A DNA stretch of 64,000 nt from Antedon mediterranea (GCF_964355755.1 NC_092673.1:35399648-35463647), one strand, 5' to 3'. Shown: positions 27,501 to 37,799, numbered from the stretch's first letter. The notes: a model not told the origin generated them from the letters alone. Translations and numbers: made by a program.

Positions 27501-30500
27501 GAAAAAGATGAGCTAGATAAACGACTCATTGCAACTGAACATAAGGTACTCTTTGGTTCATTACGTGTATCTCCAAAATGTAATCACCCCCACCTCCAGC
27601 TCTCCAAAATGTAATCACCCCCACCTCCAGCTCTTCTAAATGTAATCACCACACCTCCAGCTCTTCTAAATGTAATCACCCCCACCTCCAGCTCTTCTAA
27701 ATGTAACCACCCCCACATCCAGCTCTCCAAAATGTAACCACCCCCACCTCCAGCTCTCCAAAATGTAATCACCCCCACCTCCAGCTCTCCAAAATGTATT
27801 CACCCCCACCTCCAGCTCTTCTAAATGTAATCACCCACACCTCCAGCTCTTCTAAATGTAACCACTCCCACCTCCAGCTCTTCTAAATGTAATCACCCCC
27901 ACCTCCAGCTCTTCTAAATATAATCACCCCCACCTCCAGCTCTTCTAAATGTAGTCACCCTTACCTCCAGCTCTTCTAAACTTTTTTATCTTGAGTATTA
28001 TTTTTTAAATAATGAACAGTAACTAAAATATTAATATTTTGCTTTGACAGTTGGCCATATTGAAATCATCACAGGGGGATGATGCCCAACAAATAGAACA
28101 GCTTAAAGAAGAAATTGATGAGATGAAAATATGGAAAGATAAGGTATGTCAGATTTTATGAAAAGTGCTTAAAAAAATAATCTTTTGTATTAAGTCACTG
28201 ATTTTACTTATGTTTTCAAAATAATCTAAGTAATTATTTCTACATATTTTTTATACTTACCATGATTTCAGTATAACAGTCTCCATGGCAATGCTATGAG
28301 TATGAAAGAGCGTTATGAGTCACGTATACGTGAATTGATGCAGGATTTAGAAAGGTCATCATCGGTCACAAACAAACCACATGGCAGTGTCGTAGAAGAG
28401 GTAATTTACAATATTACTGGATTAATGTAAAGAATTGTATACAAATATGTTATCAATAATTTGCATAAGCACCTTATAATTTGAATAAGTTGTGTCACAC
28501 CAAAATTAGTTTAGACCCAAATCAAATCCAACACAAGAATGAATTTTGGTCGCTATGTTTTTATACCAGAGAATTATATCAGAATATAGTCAGTAATTTA
28601 CCCAAACCATATTTTTCTTGACAATAATTACCCAAACAAATTTTATTTAGCTTGGATATGCTACAGATTTAAAATAACTTTTCTTGAATTTTTTTCTCTC
28701 CTTTAGGTTAAGAAAATAATGAATAGCGTTTTTTACTCGTTAAGAGAGGAATTTGAGGAAGACCGCACATACAAGGGGTCAGAGGTATTGAGTACGATCA
28801 TGAGTACTATTAAGGTGAGGGTAAAATGTATGTCAAAGGACAGTAGAGACTTTTTACTAAAGAAATAACGCATACATTTATACATATTTTGAATATATAT
28901 ATATAATGGATTAAGCGGGTTAAAACATAAATATTGTTTTTATATTTTTCCTTGATGATGAAAATATTATTTGTATAATAACGAATGAAATAGTGTTTAT
29001 AATCTGTTTAATGTTTGCTTGATATGCTGGTGTATTTTGTAAAATCATAAGTTACATACATTCTCATAAATGAATAAAAGTGATGTATGAGAAATTTAGG
29101 TGTCATTTCCATCATATTGAAATGAAATAATCAATAAAAATTATAATGCTTCGAATTTGGAAATGACAGATGTGGTACATGTGTCAAAGGTCACATTTAA
29201 CATTCTATAGTTAAAGGTTGTGATCCGACAAATTTTAATATATTCAAAATAATTGTGAGTTTTAATTGGTGAGAGATCAAGGTATATTCTGAGCATGCTC
29301 AGTTATGCATTCTCATTTGACAATTGATGGTTTGGTTTGGATAATAACATTTCAAAATTATATTTACTTTACTATCTGTTGATCCTAAAATTATAAAAAG
29401 AAAAATATATATAAATGATATAAATAGTTTTATATAATCAATGAAATATAAAAAATGGAGAAATGAAAATTATAAATAAATTCTTATAAATATCAATAAA
29501 TAAATGTAAATACTATGATACAGTACACATAATCATATATAATACATAATTCATTCTAAACCTATCTCTCAATTAGAATTGTTTTATGTTGCAATGCTGT
29601 GTTTATTGTTTTAATTCAGCTCCACCGTTAAATAGAGCCGTCAAACTGTGAACGCATTAGTAAACTGTAAACGCATTAGTTGCAATGCTGTGTTTATTGT
29701 TTTAATTCAGCTCCACCGTTAAATAGAGCCGTCAAACTGTAAACGCATATGTTGCAATGCTGTGTTTATTGTTTTAATTCAGCTCCACCGTTAAATAGAG
29801 CCGTCAAACTGTAAACGCATTAGTTGCAATGCTGTGTTTATTGTTTTAATTCAGCTCCACCGTTAAATAGAGCCGTCAAACTGTAAACGCATATGTTGCA
29901 ATGCTGTGTTTATTGTTTTAATTCAGCTCCACCGTTAAATAGAGCCGTCAAACTGTGAACGCATATGTTGCAATGCTGTGTTTATTGTTTTAATTCAGCT
30001 CCACCGTTAAATAGAGCCGTCAAACTGTAAACGCATTTGTTGCAATGCTGTGTTTATTGTTTTAATTCAGCTCTACCGTTAAATAGAGCTGTCAAACTGT
30101 AAATGCATTAGTTGCAATGCTGTGTTTATTGTTTTAATTCAGCTCCACTGTTAAATAGAGCTGTCAAACTGTAAACGCATTAGTTGCAATGCTGTGTTTA
30201 TTGTTTTAATTCAGCTCCACTGTTAAATAGAGCTGTCAAACTGTAAACGCATTAGTTGCAATGCTGTGTTTATTGTTTTAATTCAGCTCCACCGTTAAAT
30301 AGAGCTGTCAAACTGTAAATGCATTAGTTGCAATGCTGTGTTTATTGTTTTAATTCAGCTCCACTGTTAAATAGAGCTGTCAAACTGTAAACGCATTAGT
30401 TGCAATGCTGTGTTTATTGTTTTAATTCAGCTCCACTGTTAAATAGAGCTGTCAAACTGTAAACGCATTAGTTGCAATGCTGTGTTTATTGTTTTAATTC

Positions 30501-33500
30501 AGCTCCACCGTTAAATAGAGCCGTCAAACTGTAAATGCATGAAATATTCTCACCATTTTAACTCTTCATTCATTCATTATTTGTAATAGTATTTTTATTT
30601 GACAAATTTTCCCCCATGAATAGTTTTATCACCAAATAAAGAATTACTGAATAGTTACTATACATTTGCAAGTGTATGTAGCCTGTACTGTAGATGTGTA
30701 TGCCACATTTAATGTTTTAATAATAATTATTTTTGATAAAATATTAAAATCATGAAATTATATATATGATATATGAGATTTTAAAAATGTATAGAAATAT
30801 GTATTAACAACCTATAAATATTGCCTATTCAGAAAAATTGTAAATAGTTTTAAAAAGATTTCAATTTAGTATAAATTTTGTTTCAATGAAGCTATAATGA
30901 TATTTTATATGAATAATTAAGATTGTATGCATGATGTGGATCTGGCTGGCAACCAATATTTTGGAAATAAATAATTATAAAATTTATATTGAAATTATTT
31001 GTTTCTCTGTTTTATGCAATGTCCTGACTAAATTGCATGTTTAATGGAGTTAATATTTTTAGATATAATTTTGTGAATAGAATTTCGGTTTTAATAACTA
31101 CATCAGTTGAAAAAATGGTTTAAATTTGTTATTTCCTATTCAATTTAAGAACATTCAATTTAAGAACCGTGTTAAGTCTTATGTCCCATTGTTTTTCTTG
31201 AAGAAAAAAAAGATGCCATAAAAGTTTAAAATCCTTATTATGTATGTCTGAAACTGATTCTGTTTGTCAGTATTTCTAGTATTTCTATAAAAGGTTTGTT
31301 GTCAACACCCAATACTGTTTACAAAAGACAATTAACTTTAACATAACACTTAAATTGATATAAAATAATACTATTTATACATCGTGAGATCCATAATTTT
31401 GTGCCGTGAGGATGTGTTGTGTTCATCAGTCAAACTTGTATTTCTGTGTGTTTCTCTAAATTAGTAAGTGGTTTAGCATGAATATTCAGCATTTGTATGC
31501 ATGTCATTTTTAGACTAAAATAGAAAAAAAGATTAATTTAAAATTATGAAATGTCTGCATGACACGTTAAAGTATAAAGTCAAAGCCTCACAGATTCTCA
31601 GAAACTGAGCTAAAGGGTCTCAGGTTATTTAAAAGACATTTTTAAAAGTAGACTTCCTAAAAAGGCCAGACATTTTGGCCCAACCTAACAGATTTGTTAA
31701 GAGTTGGCTTTATATACAATTGCATTCCATGTTGATGTTTGTATGAATGACCGTTTGTATGAATGTCCATTTGTTTGTTCTTGCATGGAGAATAAATAAG
31801 TTACGGGTTCTTGATACAAAAGAGTATACTGTTTAAGGTATACCATGGTTATATGCATGAATGTGTTGAATTGAATCCACAAAAATGTTCCATGTTAATC
31901 GGTTAAAGTACCTTTAAACAAGTTATAATTTTTTTTAATCAGTGCTATTTTCAGATTAAATTTCTTCTTTGTGGCTTACACAATTAGTGCTTTCATAGCA
32001 ACTACCAATTGGCAATTGTTTCATATCAACTGATTTACAAATGTTAAATATCAAATTAATGGAATTTAATTTTCACTTAGGTTAATAGAGAATTTGTATC
32101 AGTACTAATATTGGATGTTTACCTAAAAGTGATTGCCTACAAATACAAATTAAGGAATGGTTTTTAAAACATGATATGATGCATTTTTCTTTTATAATAC
32201 AATTCCGGTAATAATAGTACTGTATATTGATTTATCTTGTATTTATTTATTTTACACTGTAAAGTATGTTCTTAATTAATATAAATATAAAATATGTTGA
32301 TAATAATAGCAATATTTGTATTGTAAAAATTGTTAAAAATTAAGATTTATTTTTAATTCTTGTGTGGCAGCTGCCTTATTTGAAAAAAAAAATTAACGTT
32401 ATAATGTACTAATATAGGCATCTTTTTACATTATAGAATGTTACTTTAAAACTTGTGAAGGGAGAAACAGAGGAGGATAGTGAAGATGAGGATGAAGAGG
32501 AGGAGGAAGAAGAAGAAAGTGAAGGAGAAGATGAGATAGATGAAGAAGAAGAAAAAGATTCATCAGGTTGGTTTTCAGTCATTTTAGTATTTTATCTTTT
32601 TATCAGTGTTTTATACAATTTAGTAACTTTAGGTCTTCTATCAATCTAAAAATGGTAGCACTTGCTATTGTTCTATGCTAACAGTGAGGTGTTTGAATAA
32701 TATCTGTTTTATCTATCTTAACTATAACAGTTTCAATTGGCGTACACATTGTTTTTGATATTTAAATTTTACCTACTGTATATGATGCACCTTTGTATAC
32801 ATTTTTGTAAACCCTGCCGTACATTTGTTTTAATCTGTGTTTTAATATACAAAAGGAGAGTGTGTATTTAAAGAAGAAATGTTGTACTTCTTTTATTTGA
32901 AGTTGCCATAACAAAGACATCAAGAATTACATGTCTTCGCCAGAACTTTTGCAGAAAGAAAAATGTCTGTAGACGAGACGCAGGTAGTCATGACTATGAA
33001 ATTTATCATAAAATACATTTTACAGGTATTCAAAGACAATCTACTGACATGGTTTCAGCAAAGAAAGAGGAAGTGACACCAGTTGGAAAAGCTGCTGAAC
33101 AGTCCCAGCAAACGACCTCACTCCCTGAGAATACTGAATGTAATGTCAATATGCCAGGCCTGTCTGAGGCTTTGGCAAATTTAGAGATCCAACAGAGGGA
33201 AGAAGAAACCGGAGGTGTAAGTGATCGTGTGGAGAAAGTAAAAAGCTCAGGTGAGATGGCTTTATCAGGAAATTCATTCTATTCATAATTATGAGAAAAT
33301 GTATTTAATATCTGATGTATTAATAGATAACATATTTGTATTCTAGCAATCTTGTTTGGTAATTTAATTATCAATTTATGTTCTATGCAATATAGTATCT
33401 CTAGTTAAATTTTTGTATATATGTAGCAGACTGTATTCATAACATTAAACACAATACACATTGTATTTTCCTATATTTTATAGACAATTCAGAAGTTGTC

Positions 33501-34785
33501 AGTCCTGCAGTTAGGCAGCCATCTACACCTCCACCCTCTGCTGATGAAGAGTCTGATGATGATAATTCCTATCCAGTTGTTGAACCAACGATCAATAAAA
33601 TTCCAGAGACTGTACCAGACCTTCCTGAAATAATAGAAGAGGAAGATGAAGAGGAAGAGGAGGATGAAGAGAAGGATGAAGAGAAAGAGGAGTTGGAAGA
33701 ACAAATGGAAGACAAAAAAGATGAAGGTACTTCTGAAGACCAAGAGAAAGTTACCGTCACTGAATCTTCCGATTTCGAGACTAATGCCCTTCCAGATCAA
33801 CTTCCTGATATTTCAACAGCTGAAGATAACCAGGAGAAGTCTGAAACAGATAATGACTTCTCTCCTGTGGAGAATCCCCCTGAGCTTCCACCAGACTCGC
33901 CACCAGAGCTTCCTCCTGAGCTTCCTCCAGAACTTCCTCCAGAATTCCCACCAGAGGATGAAAAGCCTAGAACTAAAACTTCAAGCAGGTACATATAACA
34001 ATTCATTAGAATATTGAGGGCAAGAAATATCCCAGAGCAATATTGTCTGACATGTTGTGTCCTTGATAGGAAAGGAAATCGATATGTATGCAAGGTTTAG
34101 GTGAGCTTGGCCACTCCCCGAGTTTGCTCAGCCACGCTCAGATATAGCTCAGCCACTTTAGTTAGTTAGTTTTCTCAGTCCCTCTGTTTGCTCCAACACT
34201 CCCTGCATTTGCTCAACCACTCTGAGCTTTCTCAACCACTTTCTAAAGCCAAGCCAAGTTTAATGTATATATTTAACTTACTTTATTGTAGCATCTTTGA
34301 TGATGACGACGAGGATGATAGTGATCTGTTTACAACACCTATTAAAAAGGTACAAAAGAAGCCTGTCGAGGATACCAATGATGACGATGATGATGTAAGT
34401 AAATCTCATTCATTATTGACACTTCCATCCACATACCAGGACTCAACACAAGGATGTAGATGCATCACAAGCAAGTTGACCAATCACAAGCGATATATCA
34501 GAAAATCTATTCTGTTGTGATTAGTAAGAAATATTTGCATTGCGCTAAATATTTGCATTGCGCTTGCTTCTGAATAATAATAATTTAAAAATGAAATGTT
34601 ACTAGGTTTTTGTCAACCTCCCAATAATTCATATATTAACTTGTTTATATTATACTTGCAGAAATAAATCAAATTGATTTTGTCACATCTGACTAATATC
34701 TTCCATTTTGTTTTTTCAGCCGATGAAACGACCACCACCTCTGTTTGGAGAGGATGATGATGATTTAGATTGGTTGAACACTTAA
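3280..34785 (+). CDS. FKBP15: FK506-binding protein 15 (FKBP15/WAFL) orthologue, 5'-partial spliced CDS of 21 exons
   Basis: 21 GT-AG exons with matching phases sum to 3030 nt. Peptides match recalled vertebrate FKBP15: [86 protein letters not shown], and C-terminal [15 protein letters not shown]. Confidence 0.95.
3608..3810 (+). mobile_element. SINE/LINE 3' tail with an internal ~72-bp duplication
   Basis: tctggtaggcactacac..ggctgccatgg occurs twice, followed by gaatttcc..ttaagcttgagg..ataaatacctttacc. Same family as 6480-6605 (-) and the 37029 SINE tail. Confidence 0.7.
3822..3867 (+). CDS. FKBP15: FKBP15 46-nt exon ([15 protein letters not shown]), phase 2 to 0
   Basis: Acceptor tttttag and donor gtaagt. 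Restores the frame between its neighbours. Not in the ORF track. Confidence 0.8.
4761..4871 (+). CDS. FKBP15: FKBP15 exon ([22 protein letters not shown]...DSDVE)
   Basis: Diagnostic conserved motif; cag acceptor and gtacgt donor; 37 codons. Confidence 0.95.
4995..6117. repeat. 34-bp minisatellite (ttagtcttctttgatgcaggtatagatctgtccc), about 33 copies
   Basis: Near-perfect period of 34. Confidence 0.97.
6290..6465. repeat. Degenerate ~20-bp repeat (gttgaccactgtatgttcca)
   Basis: Several imperfect copies. Confidence 0.75.
6480..6605 (-). mobile_element. SINE/LINE 3' tail, same family as 3608-3810
   Basis: The reverse complement reads tctggtagatgctgcactgctggctggcgtgggtc..gaatttcctcagtttcaagttaagcttgaggacaataataaatacctttacc. 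Confidence 0.75.
8105..8225 (+). mobile_element. Truncated copy of the 14526-14706 MITE
   Basis: Shares the tctacact.tcaaac..gtgacaaaaaa and atcactaccatatttgg motifs. Confidence 0.75.
8868..9380. repeat. 39-bp minisatellite, about 13 copies
   Basis: ttggaacagccgaggtgacaccaagctatatgcaatatc repeated in tandem. Confidence 0.97.
10498..10790. repeat. 87-bp tandem repeat, about 3.4 copies
   Basis: ggacagcactggtgcaagg... recurs every 87 nt. Confidence 0.95.
11393..11540 (+). CDS. FKBP15: FKBP15 exon ([10 protein letters not shown]...NNMSH), phase 0 to 1
   Basis: Pyrimidine tract plus tag acceptor, gtaagt donor, open frame. Confidence 0.85.
12469..12587 (+). CDS. FKBP15: FKBP15 Gln/Pro-rich exon, phase 1 to 0
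   Basis: TAGCAG tandem acceptor; encodes [21 protein letters not shown]; donor cag|gtacct. Confidence 0.8.
13704..13928 (+). CDS. FKBP15: FKBP15 exon (YPQG...[28 protein letters not shown])
   Basis: Matches the recalled TEARQHNTEIRMAVSKVADKMDHL segment; 75 codons; gtaatt donor. Confidence 0.9.
14011..14099. repeat. (CTA)n microsatellite, about 30 units
   Basis: Perfect trinucleotide run. Confidence 0.98.
14526..14706. mobile_element. 181-bp MITE, PIF/Harbinger-like
   Basis: TIR ctctgtctacacta / tagtgtagacagag; internal atcactaccatatttgg repeats; flanks taa and ttt (imperfect TSD). Confidence 0.7.
14935..14968. mobile_element. 34-bp hAT-like micro-element
   Basis: 11-bp imperfect TIR (ccgggaagagt / actctttcctg) flanked by an exact 8-bp duplication gtttaaat. 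Confidence 0.55.
15395..16905 (+). mobile_element. Non-autonomous Helentron/Helitron (DINE-1/HINE-like), about 1.5 kb
   Basis: 5' palindrome aggttatatgcat-gat-atgcatataacct (15401-15429), (TTTA)n microsatellite, 3' subterminal atgcatataacct (16862), 3' hairpin aattcgtca-tag-tgacgaatt (16877-16897) and terminal CTAG|T. Confidence 0.8.
16929..17125 (+). CDS. FKBP15: FKBP15 exon (LEHI...[18 protein letters not shown]...RNQ), phase 0 to 2
   Basis: Conserved coiled-coil start; cag acceptor and gtaagt donor. Confidence 0.93.
17204..17449. repeat. ~20-21-bp minisatellite (ggggaataagcc[c/t]ac[at/cct])
   Basis: About 12 copies of slightly variable length. Confidence 0.92.
18340..18665. repeat. Degenerate 12-bp pyrimidine-rich repeat (ctgttgctcttt / ctgttaatcttt)
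   Basis: Tandem variant units. Confidence 0.85.
19559..19935. mobile_element. Tc1/pogo(Tigger)-like MITE with an internal 17-bp array (ggggacacccatgttct)
   Basis: Termini cagtagaa...ttctactg|ta; internal array at about 19655-19820. Confidence 0.65.
19994..20096 (+). CDS. FKBP15: FKBP15 exon ([13 protein letters not shown]...EHEK), phase 2 to 0
   Basis: Conserved motif; tttcag acceptor and gtaagt donor. Confidence 0.93.
21203..21338. repeat. 45-bp tandem repeat, 3 copies
   Basis: cttataatt..attacacccacggctgggtacataaatcatagtt occurs three times. Confidence 0.92.
21338..21625 (-). mobile_element. Deu/Nin-domain SINE, 5'-truncated, with a (CAAA)n tail
   Basis: The minus strand has B-box ggggttcgaggc, then ggataaggactataaaccgtaggtcc..ttaaagaacctagtacatctttcgagatgagtagggggttaccccggtg, which resembles the recalled Deu domain. 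The (tttg)n run on + is the tail. Confidence 0.75.
21858..22029 (+). CDS. FKBP15: FKBP15 exon ([21 protein letters not shown]...), phase 0 to 1
   Basis: Coiled coil; aag acceptor after a T-tract; gtaaga donor. Confidence 0.88.
22180..25237. repeat. 27-bp minisatellite (gtgctcactcctgtaccactaccaaat), about 113 copies, 3.06 kb, intronic
   Basis: Period of 27; lies between FKBP15 exons ending 22029 and starting 25555. Confidence 0.98.
25555..25691 (+). CDS. FKBP15: FKBP15 exon (DELKIK...[17 protein letters not shown]), phase 1 to 0
   Basis: Conserved motif; cag acceptor and gtatgt donor. Confidence 0.92.
25952..26035 (+). CDS. FKBP15: FKBP15 exon ([28 protein letters not shown])
   Basis: LSERKKK conserved; 28 codons; cag acceptor and gtttgt donor. 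Confidence 0.92.
26904..26966 (+). CDS. FKBP15: FKBP15 exon ([21 protein letters not shown])
   Basis: 21 codons; aag acceptor and gttagt donor. Confidence 0.85.
27393..27545 (+). CDS. FKBP15: FKBP15 exon ([20 protein letters not shown]...)
   Basis: QW..KC..LL conserved; 51 codons. Confidence 0.92.
27571..27980. repeat. 31-bp minisatellite, about 13 copies
   Basis: tgtaatcacccccacctccagctct(c/t)c(a/t)aaa repeated in tandem. Confidence 0.95.
28051..28143 (+). CDS. FKBP15: FKBP15 exon ([11 protein letters not shown]...WKDK)
   Basis: 31 codons; cag acceptor and gtatgt donor. Confidence 0.87.
28272..28400 (+). CDS. FKBP15: FKBP15 exon (YNSLHG...VVEE)
   Basis: 43 codons; ttcag acceptor and gtaatt donor. 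Confidence 0.87.
28707..28814 (+). CDS. FKBP15: FKBP15 exon ([36 protein letters not shown])
   Basis: Strong match to recalled VKKIMNQVFQSLRREFELEESYNG..IMNTIK; tag acceptor and gtgagg donor. Confidence 0.95.
29588..30540. repeat. 72-bp minisatellite, about 13 copies
   Basis: gttgcaatgctgtgtttattg... recurs with period 72. Confidence 0.96.
32437..32566 (+). CDS. FKBP15: FKBP15 exon (NVTLKLVK plus Glu/Asp-rich tract), phase 0 to 1
   Basis: VTL.L followed by an acidic tract as in vertebrate FKBP15; tag acceptor and gttggt donor. Confidence 0.9.
33026..33250 (+). CDS. FKBP15: FKBP15 low-complexity tail exon, phase 1 to 1
   Basis: cag acceptor, gtgaga donor, open frame, 225 nt (symmetric). Confidence 0.82.
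33484..33988 (+). CDS. FKBP15: FKBP15 acidic/Pro-rich tail exon with PPEL repeats, phase 1 to 2
   Basis: 505 nt of open acidic frame; tag acceptor and gtacat donor. Confidence 0.85.
34292..34394 (+). CDS. FKBP15: FKBP15 exon ([20 protein letters not shown]...DDDDD), phase 2 to 0
   Basis: tag acceptor, gtaagt donor, phase-compatible with both neighbours. Confidence 0.88.
34720..34785 (+). CDS. FKBP15: FKBP15 last coding exon [21 protein letters not shown]
   Basis: Matches the recalled human C-terminus PLFGDDDDDDDIDWLG; TAA at 34783-34785; AATAAA at 34837. Confidence 0.95.
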   Translation, partial: PMKRPPPLFGEDDDDLDWLNT

Positions 34786-37028
34786 ACAATTCATTACATT
34801 CAAAACATCGACAAAGTTGAGGCTGTGTGCTCATTTAATAAATTTGTTTTCCAAGCAAAATCTATCTAAATTCTGACATGAAACATTATTGAATATTGGA
34901 TAGTTTTTAATGCCTAAAACTTTTTTTTTACAATGAGTGCTGTATTAAGTTGATAATCACTTTACTAAATATTATATTGAGCATAAGCAATTTCAAATAA
35001 ATTAGAGATTTGCAATACTAAATATAATAGTTAATGATGCATTCAGAATTGACTTTTTGGTGTAGTTTTATAAACATAATACTTACAAAATTCATATAAA
35101 TAAAAGTGTTAATGAAAGTTTTGAGAAAGGGCCGATTACACAGTGGCAGTACCATAATTCTGAAAAAGAGACGTCCATTTTTTCCTTGTCAAAGGGCTCC
35201 GAACTGGCCCCTATTGACATCAGATGTTACTATTAAATTTTGATGAAATTAAATCAGTACTGTAACAGTAAAGTTTTTTTTCACTATGGTAAACAATTAG
35301 ATGTATTTTTGTTTCTTTGGTTTATGGATAAGATCTTTGATTTTATAAATAGGATGTATTTCAGGTGAGATGTATTTTAACATTTATTAAATATAAACAT
35401 AGACATTATAATATCAAATACAAAATTAAGCATTTTGTGGTATTCAACAATTTGATAAGACGATAGATAGATAATTAATTTGATTTAAAGGCTGAAATAA
35501 AAATTATATAATATAAAAGTATATTTTGTGTTATACAATTACAATTATAGTAGTTCTTGAAAAACTATTATTATCTCAAATAATTATGATTTATACTCAA
35601 CTTCCCCCTTTAAACCTTGAAAGAGAAAAAAGTAAACCGATCGAAAAACAGTATCTTTTATATTATCTTATAGTATCTTATTATATATATCTACTTTTAC
35701 AATATTAGGATGGAGTTATAAAAAACTGGAAATTCTTAAATTGGCCAAAATGTCTGATTTTTCAAGAATTTGGTTTTCAGAATGCAACTTAAAGATAATG
35801 AAAGAAATTGAGTTGGTTTATGTAACTTTTTGTAGTTTTCTAGGTATATCGTTATTTGACATGCTTTACTGTATCCATAACTGTCATTTTTTTAATGTTA
35901 CAAAAATTATCATTCCAATTTTATATAGTTTACTTTGTGATTAATTATCATAGTTAATTGATTAACATAGAGTAGGTTTTGAAAAAAAGCTAAATTGATT
36001 TAATGTTTTGCTTTGTTAATAATGGTGCATCTAATGATATGGTCACATTGAGTGCTGCTACTTTCAGGTTTACACTCCAAAAACAACATTAATATATAGA
36101 ATATTTGAAACTCAATTACTAAAATAAGTAAGCACTTTGTAGACTTAATATTTAGTGTAGACTAGAAATAGTACTGTAATACTTAACTGTCCTAAAAGAA
36201 TAGTGTAAAAATTAGCATTCAATTGTATATAATTAAAAGTAAAGAAAAATATTTTAATTTGCCAATTCCTTAACATTATGCAATAATATTCTGTAAAAAT
36301 TATTAATTATGAGCTGATATGACGTCCTCAAAGGTCGCCATTTAGGTAAAGGAATGGTTTGTATTTCAACACGGGTTATTATTTTAATTGATAAGTGTAA
36401 TACATTGATAACGTATAATTGTATTTGCATTTACAATGCATGCATACTTATAGATGTGTAATCAAAATACAAAAACATGAATAATTTAGTTATATTTGCA
36501 TATGCATGAGAATATGCAAATAATAAAGTAGAATATGTCTTATCTGTAAAATATGATTTATTAAATTAGTTTATCAAGTATGATTAACTCTTGATAATTA
36601 TTGTATATGTAATTTTATTATGGAAAAATAATGTTTAAAAAAAAGGAATCAAATATATTTGTTTGTTTGTGTGTATCATAAATGTTATCGTTTTATTTAA
36701 ATACAGTACCATATTTATTCGGGGAAGGGGTTTATTTTTTTGGGTGTAATAAACATGTATAATGAAAATACACCTAGATATGAAAAAAATTTATTCAATT
36801 CAGAATCAATCAATTCTACTACAAATAGAAATATGTTGTAATAGCTGCAATATTGTGTGTATCGAGTCTCGGTTGGGGCGACTTTTTCTCATTCTCACAG
36901 ATTTCCTCATCTTTATCGTTTCAAATTAATTAATTAAATTTCAGTATATCACCGGGCGGTTTAAAATTAATGTTCTTTGCCTGTTGTGTTTATATATATA
37001 TATATATATATATATGCATGTGGCAGGG

Positions 37029-37325
37029 CGAAGTTAAGCAACGTTGGGCCCGGTTGCGTTCTGGATGGGAGACCGTCTAGAAATCGTGGCGGGTGCTGTA
37101 TATACTGGAGAGTGATGGTGTAATGGTAATATCGGACTAGCATGTGATAGGCATGGGTTCGAGGTTATCTGTACCATACTAATTGCATCCTTAGGCAAGA
37201 TGCTTTACTCTCATTGCCTAATCTGGTAGGCGCTGCACTGCTGGCTGCCGTGGGTCCGTGGAGGGCCTAATCCGAATTTCCTCACTGAGGACAAATATTA
37301 ATACAAAATACAAAAAAAAAAAAAA
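37029..37325 (+). mobile_element. Composite SINE: 5S rRNA-derived plus tRNA-derived head, central motif, shared 3' tail and A-rich end
   Basis: 37029-37100 aligns with the 3' half of 5S rRNA (gaagttaagca..gggcc.ggtt..tggatgggagaccg..gggtgctgta). Then come tggtgtaatgg (A box), gggttcgag (B box), ccttaggcaag (CORE-like), a tail shared with 3608 and 6480, and poly(A). Confidence 0.8.
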
Positions 37326-37519
37326 TATTCGAAAGTGAGGGGGGAATTTAATCAAAATTATGTTGTATTGAGGGCACGTTTATTCAGGGGAGGCGTTTAT
37401 TCAAATAATTATAATAATATAAAAGTACCGTATATTAAATTAATATAACAATAATTAACATGATATTGTCCTGCTGTAAGATATTATGGGTCACTCCGAG
37501 GTCACTATCTCAATTGTCA

Positions 37520-37705
37520 TATTCGATTGGGAACTTTCGTTGTCAACGTAAAGATTCGTTGAGTACTTTTTGTATTCGAATTGTAAATTTGTGCTCAACA
37601 GAAAGTCATTCGAATAGAAAACGTTGACAACGAAAGCTTTTTCGTTAAGAACAATCTCAACGCTCAAAATACTCCGTTAAAGAAGTACTCAACGGAAAAA
37701 CTACT
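37520..37705. repeat. Interleaved inverted repeats, likely a DNA-transposon remnant
   Basis: ctttcgttgtcaacgt (37533) pairs with acgttgacaacgaaag (37621); cgttgagtactt (37557) pairs with aagtactcaacg (37683). Confidence 0.6.
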
Positions 37706-37768
37706 CTATATGTTACAAATAATTATACAATACAAATTTATTATTTGGTGGAAAAACAGATTTATGAT

Positions 37769-37779
37769 AGCGCCCTCTA
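37769..37779 (-). promoter_or_regulatory. CTCF-core-like motif TAGAGGGCGCT upstream of SAPCD2
   Basis: agcgccctcta on + is a GC-rich motif in AT-rich intergenic DNA and matches the 3' core of the CTCF consensus. Confidence 0.4.
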
Positions 37780-37799
37780 TGTTAAGACATTTTTGGATA

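Noticed and set aside
33489-34093. Minus-strand and alternative-frame ORFs over the acidic exon
   Set aside because: They are shadows of the low-complexity FKBP15 exon 33484-33988.
37029-37100. Functional 5S rRNA gene
   Set aside because: The 5' ~45 nt are missing, it is diverged, it lacks a T-run terminator, and it is fused to a SINE body.
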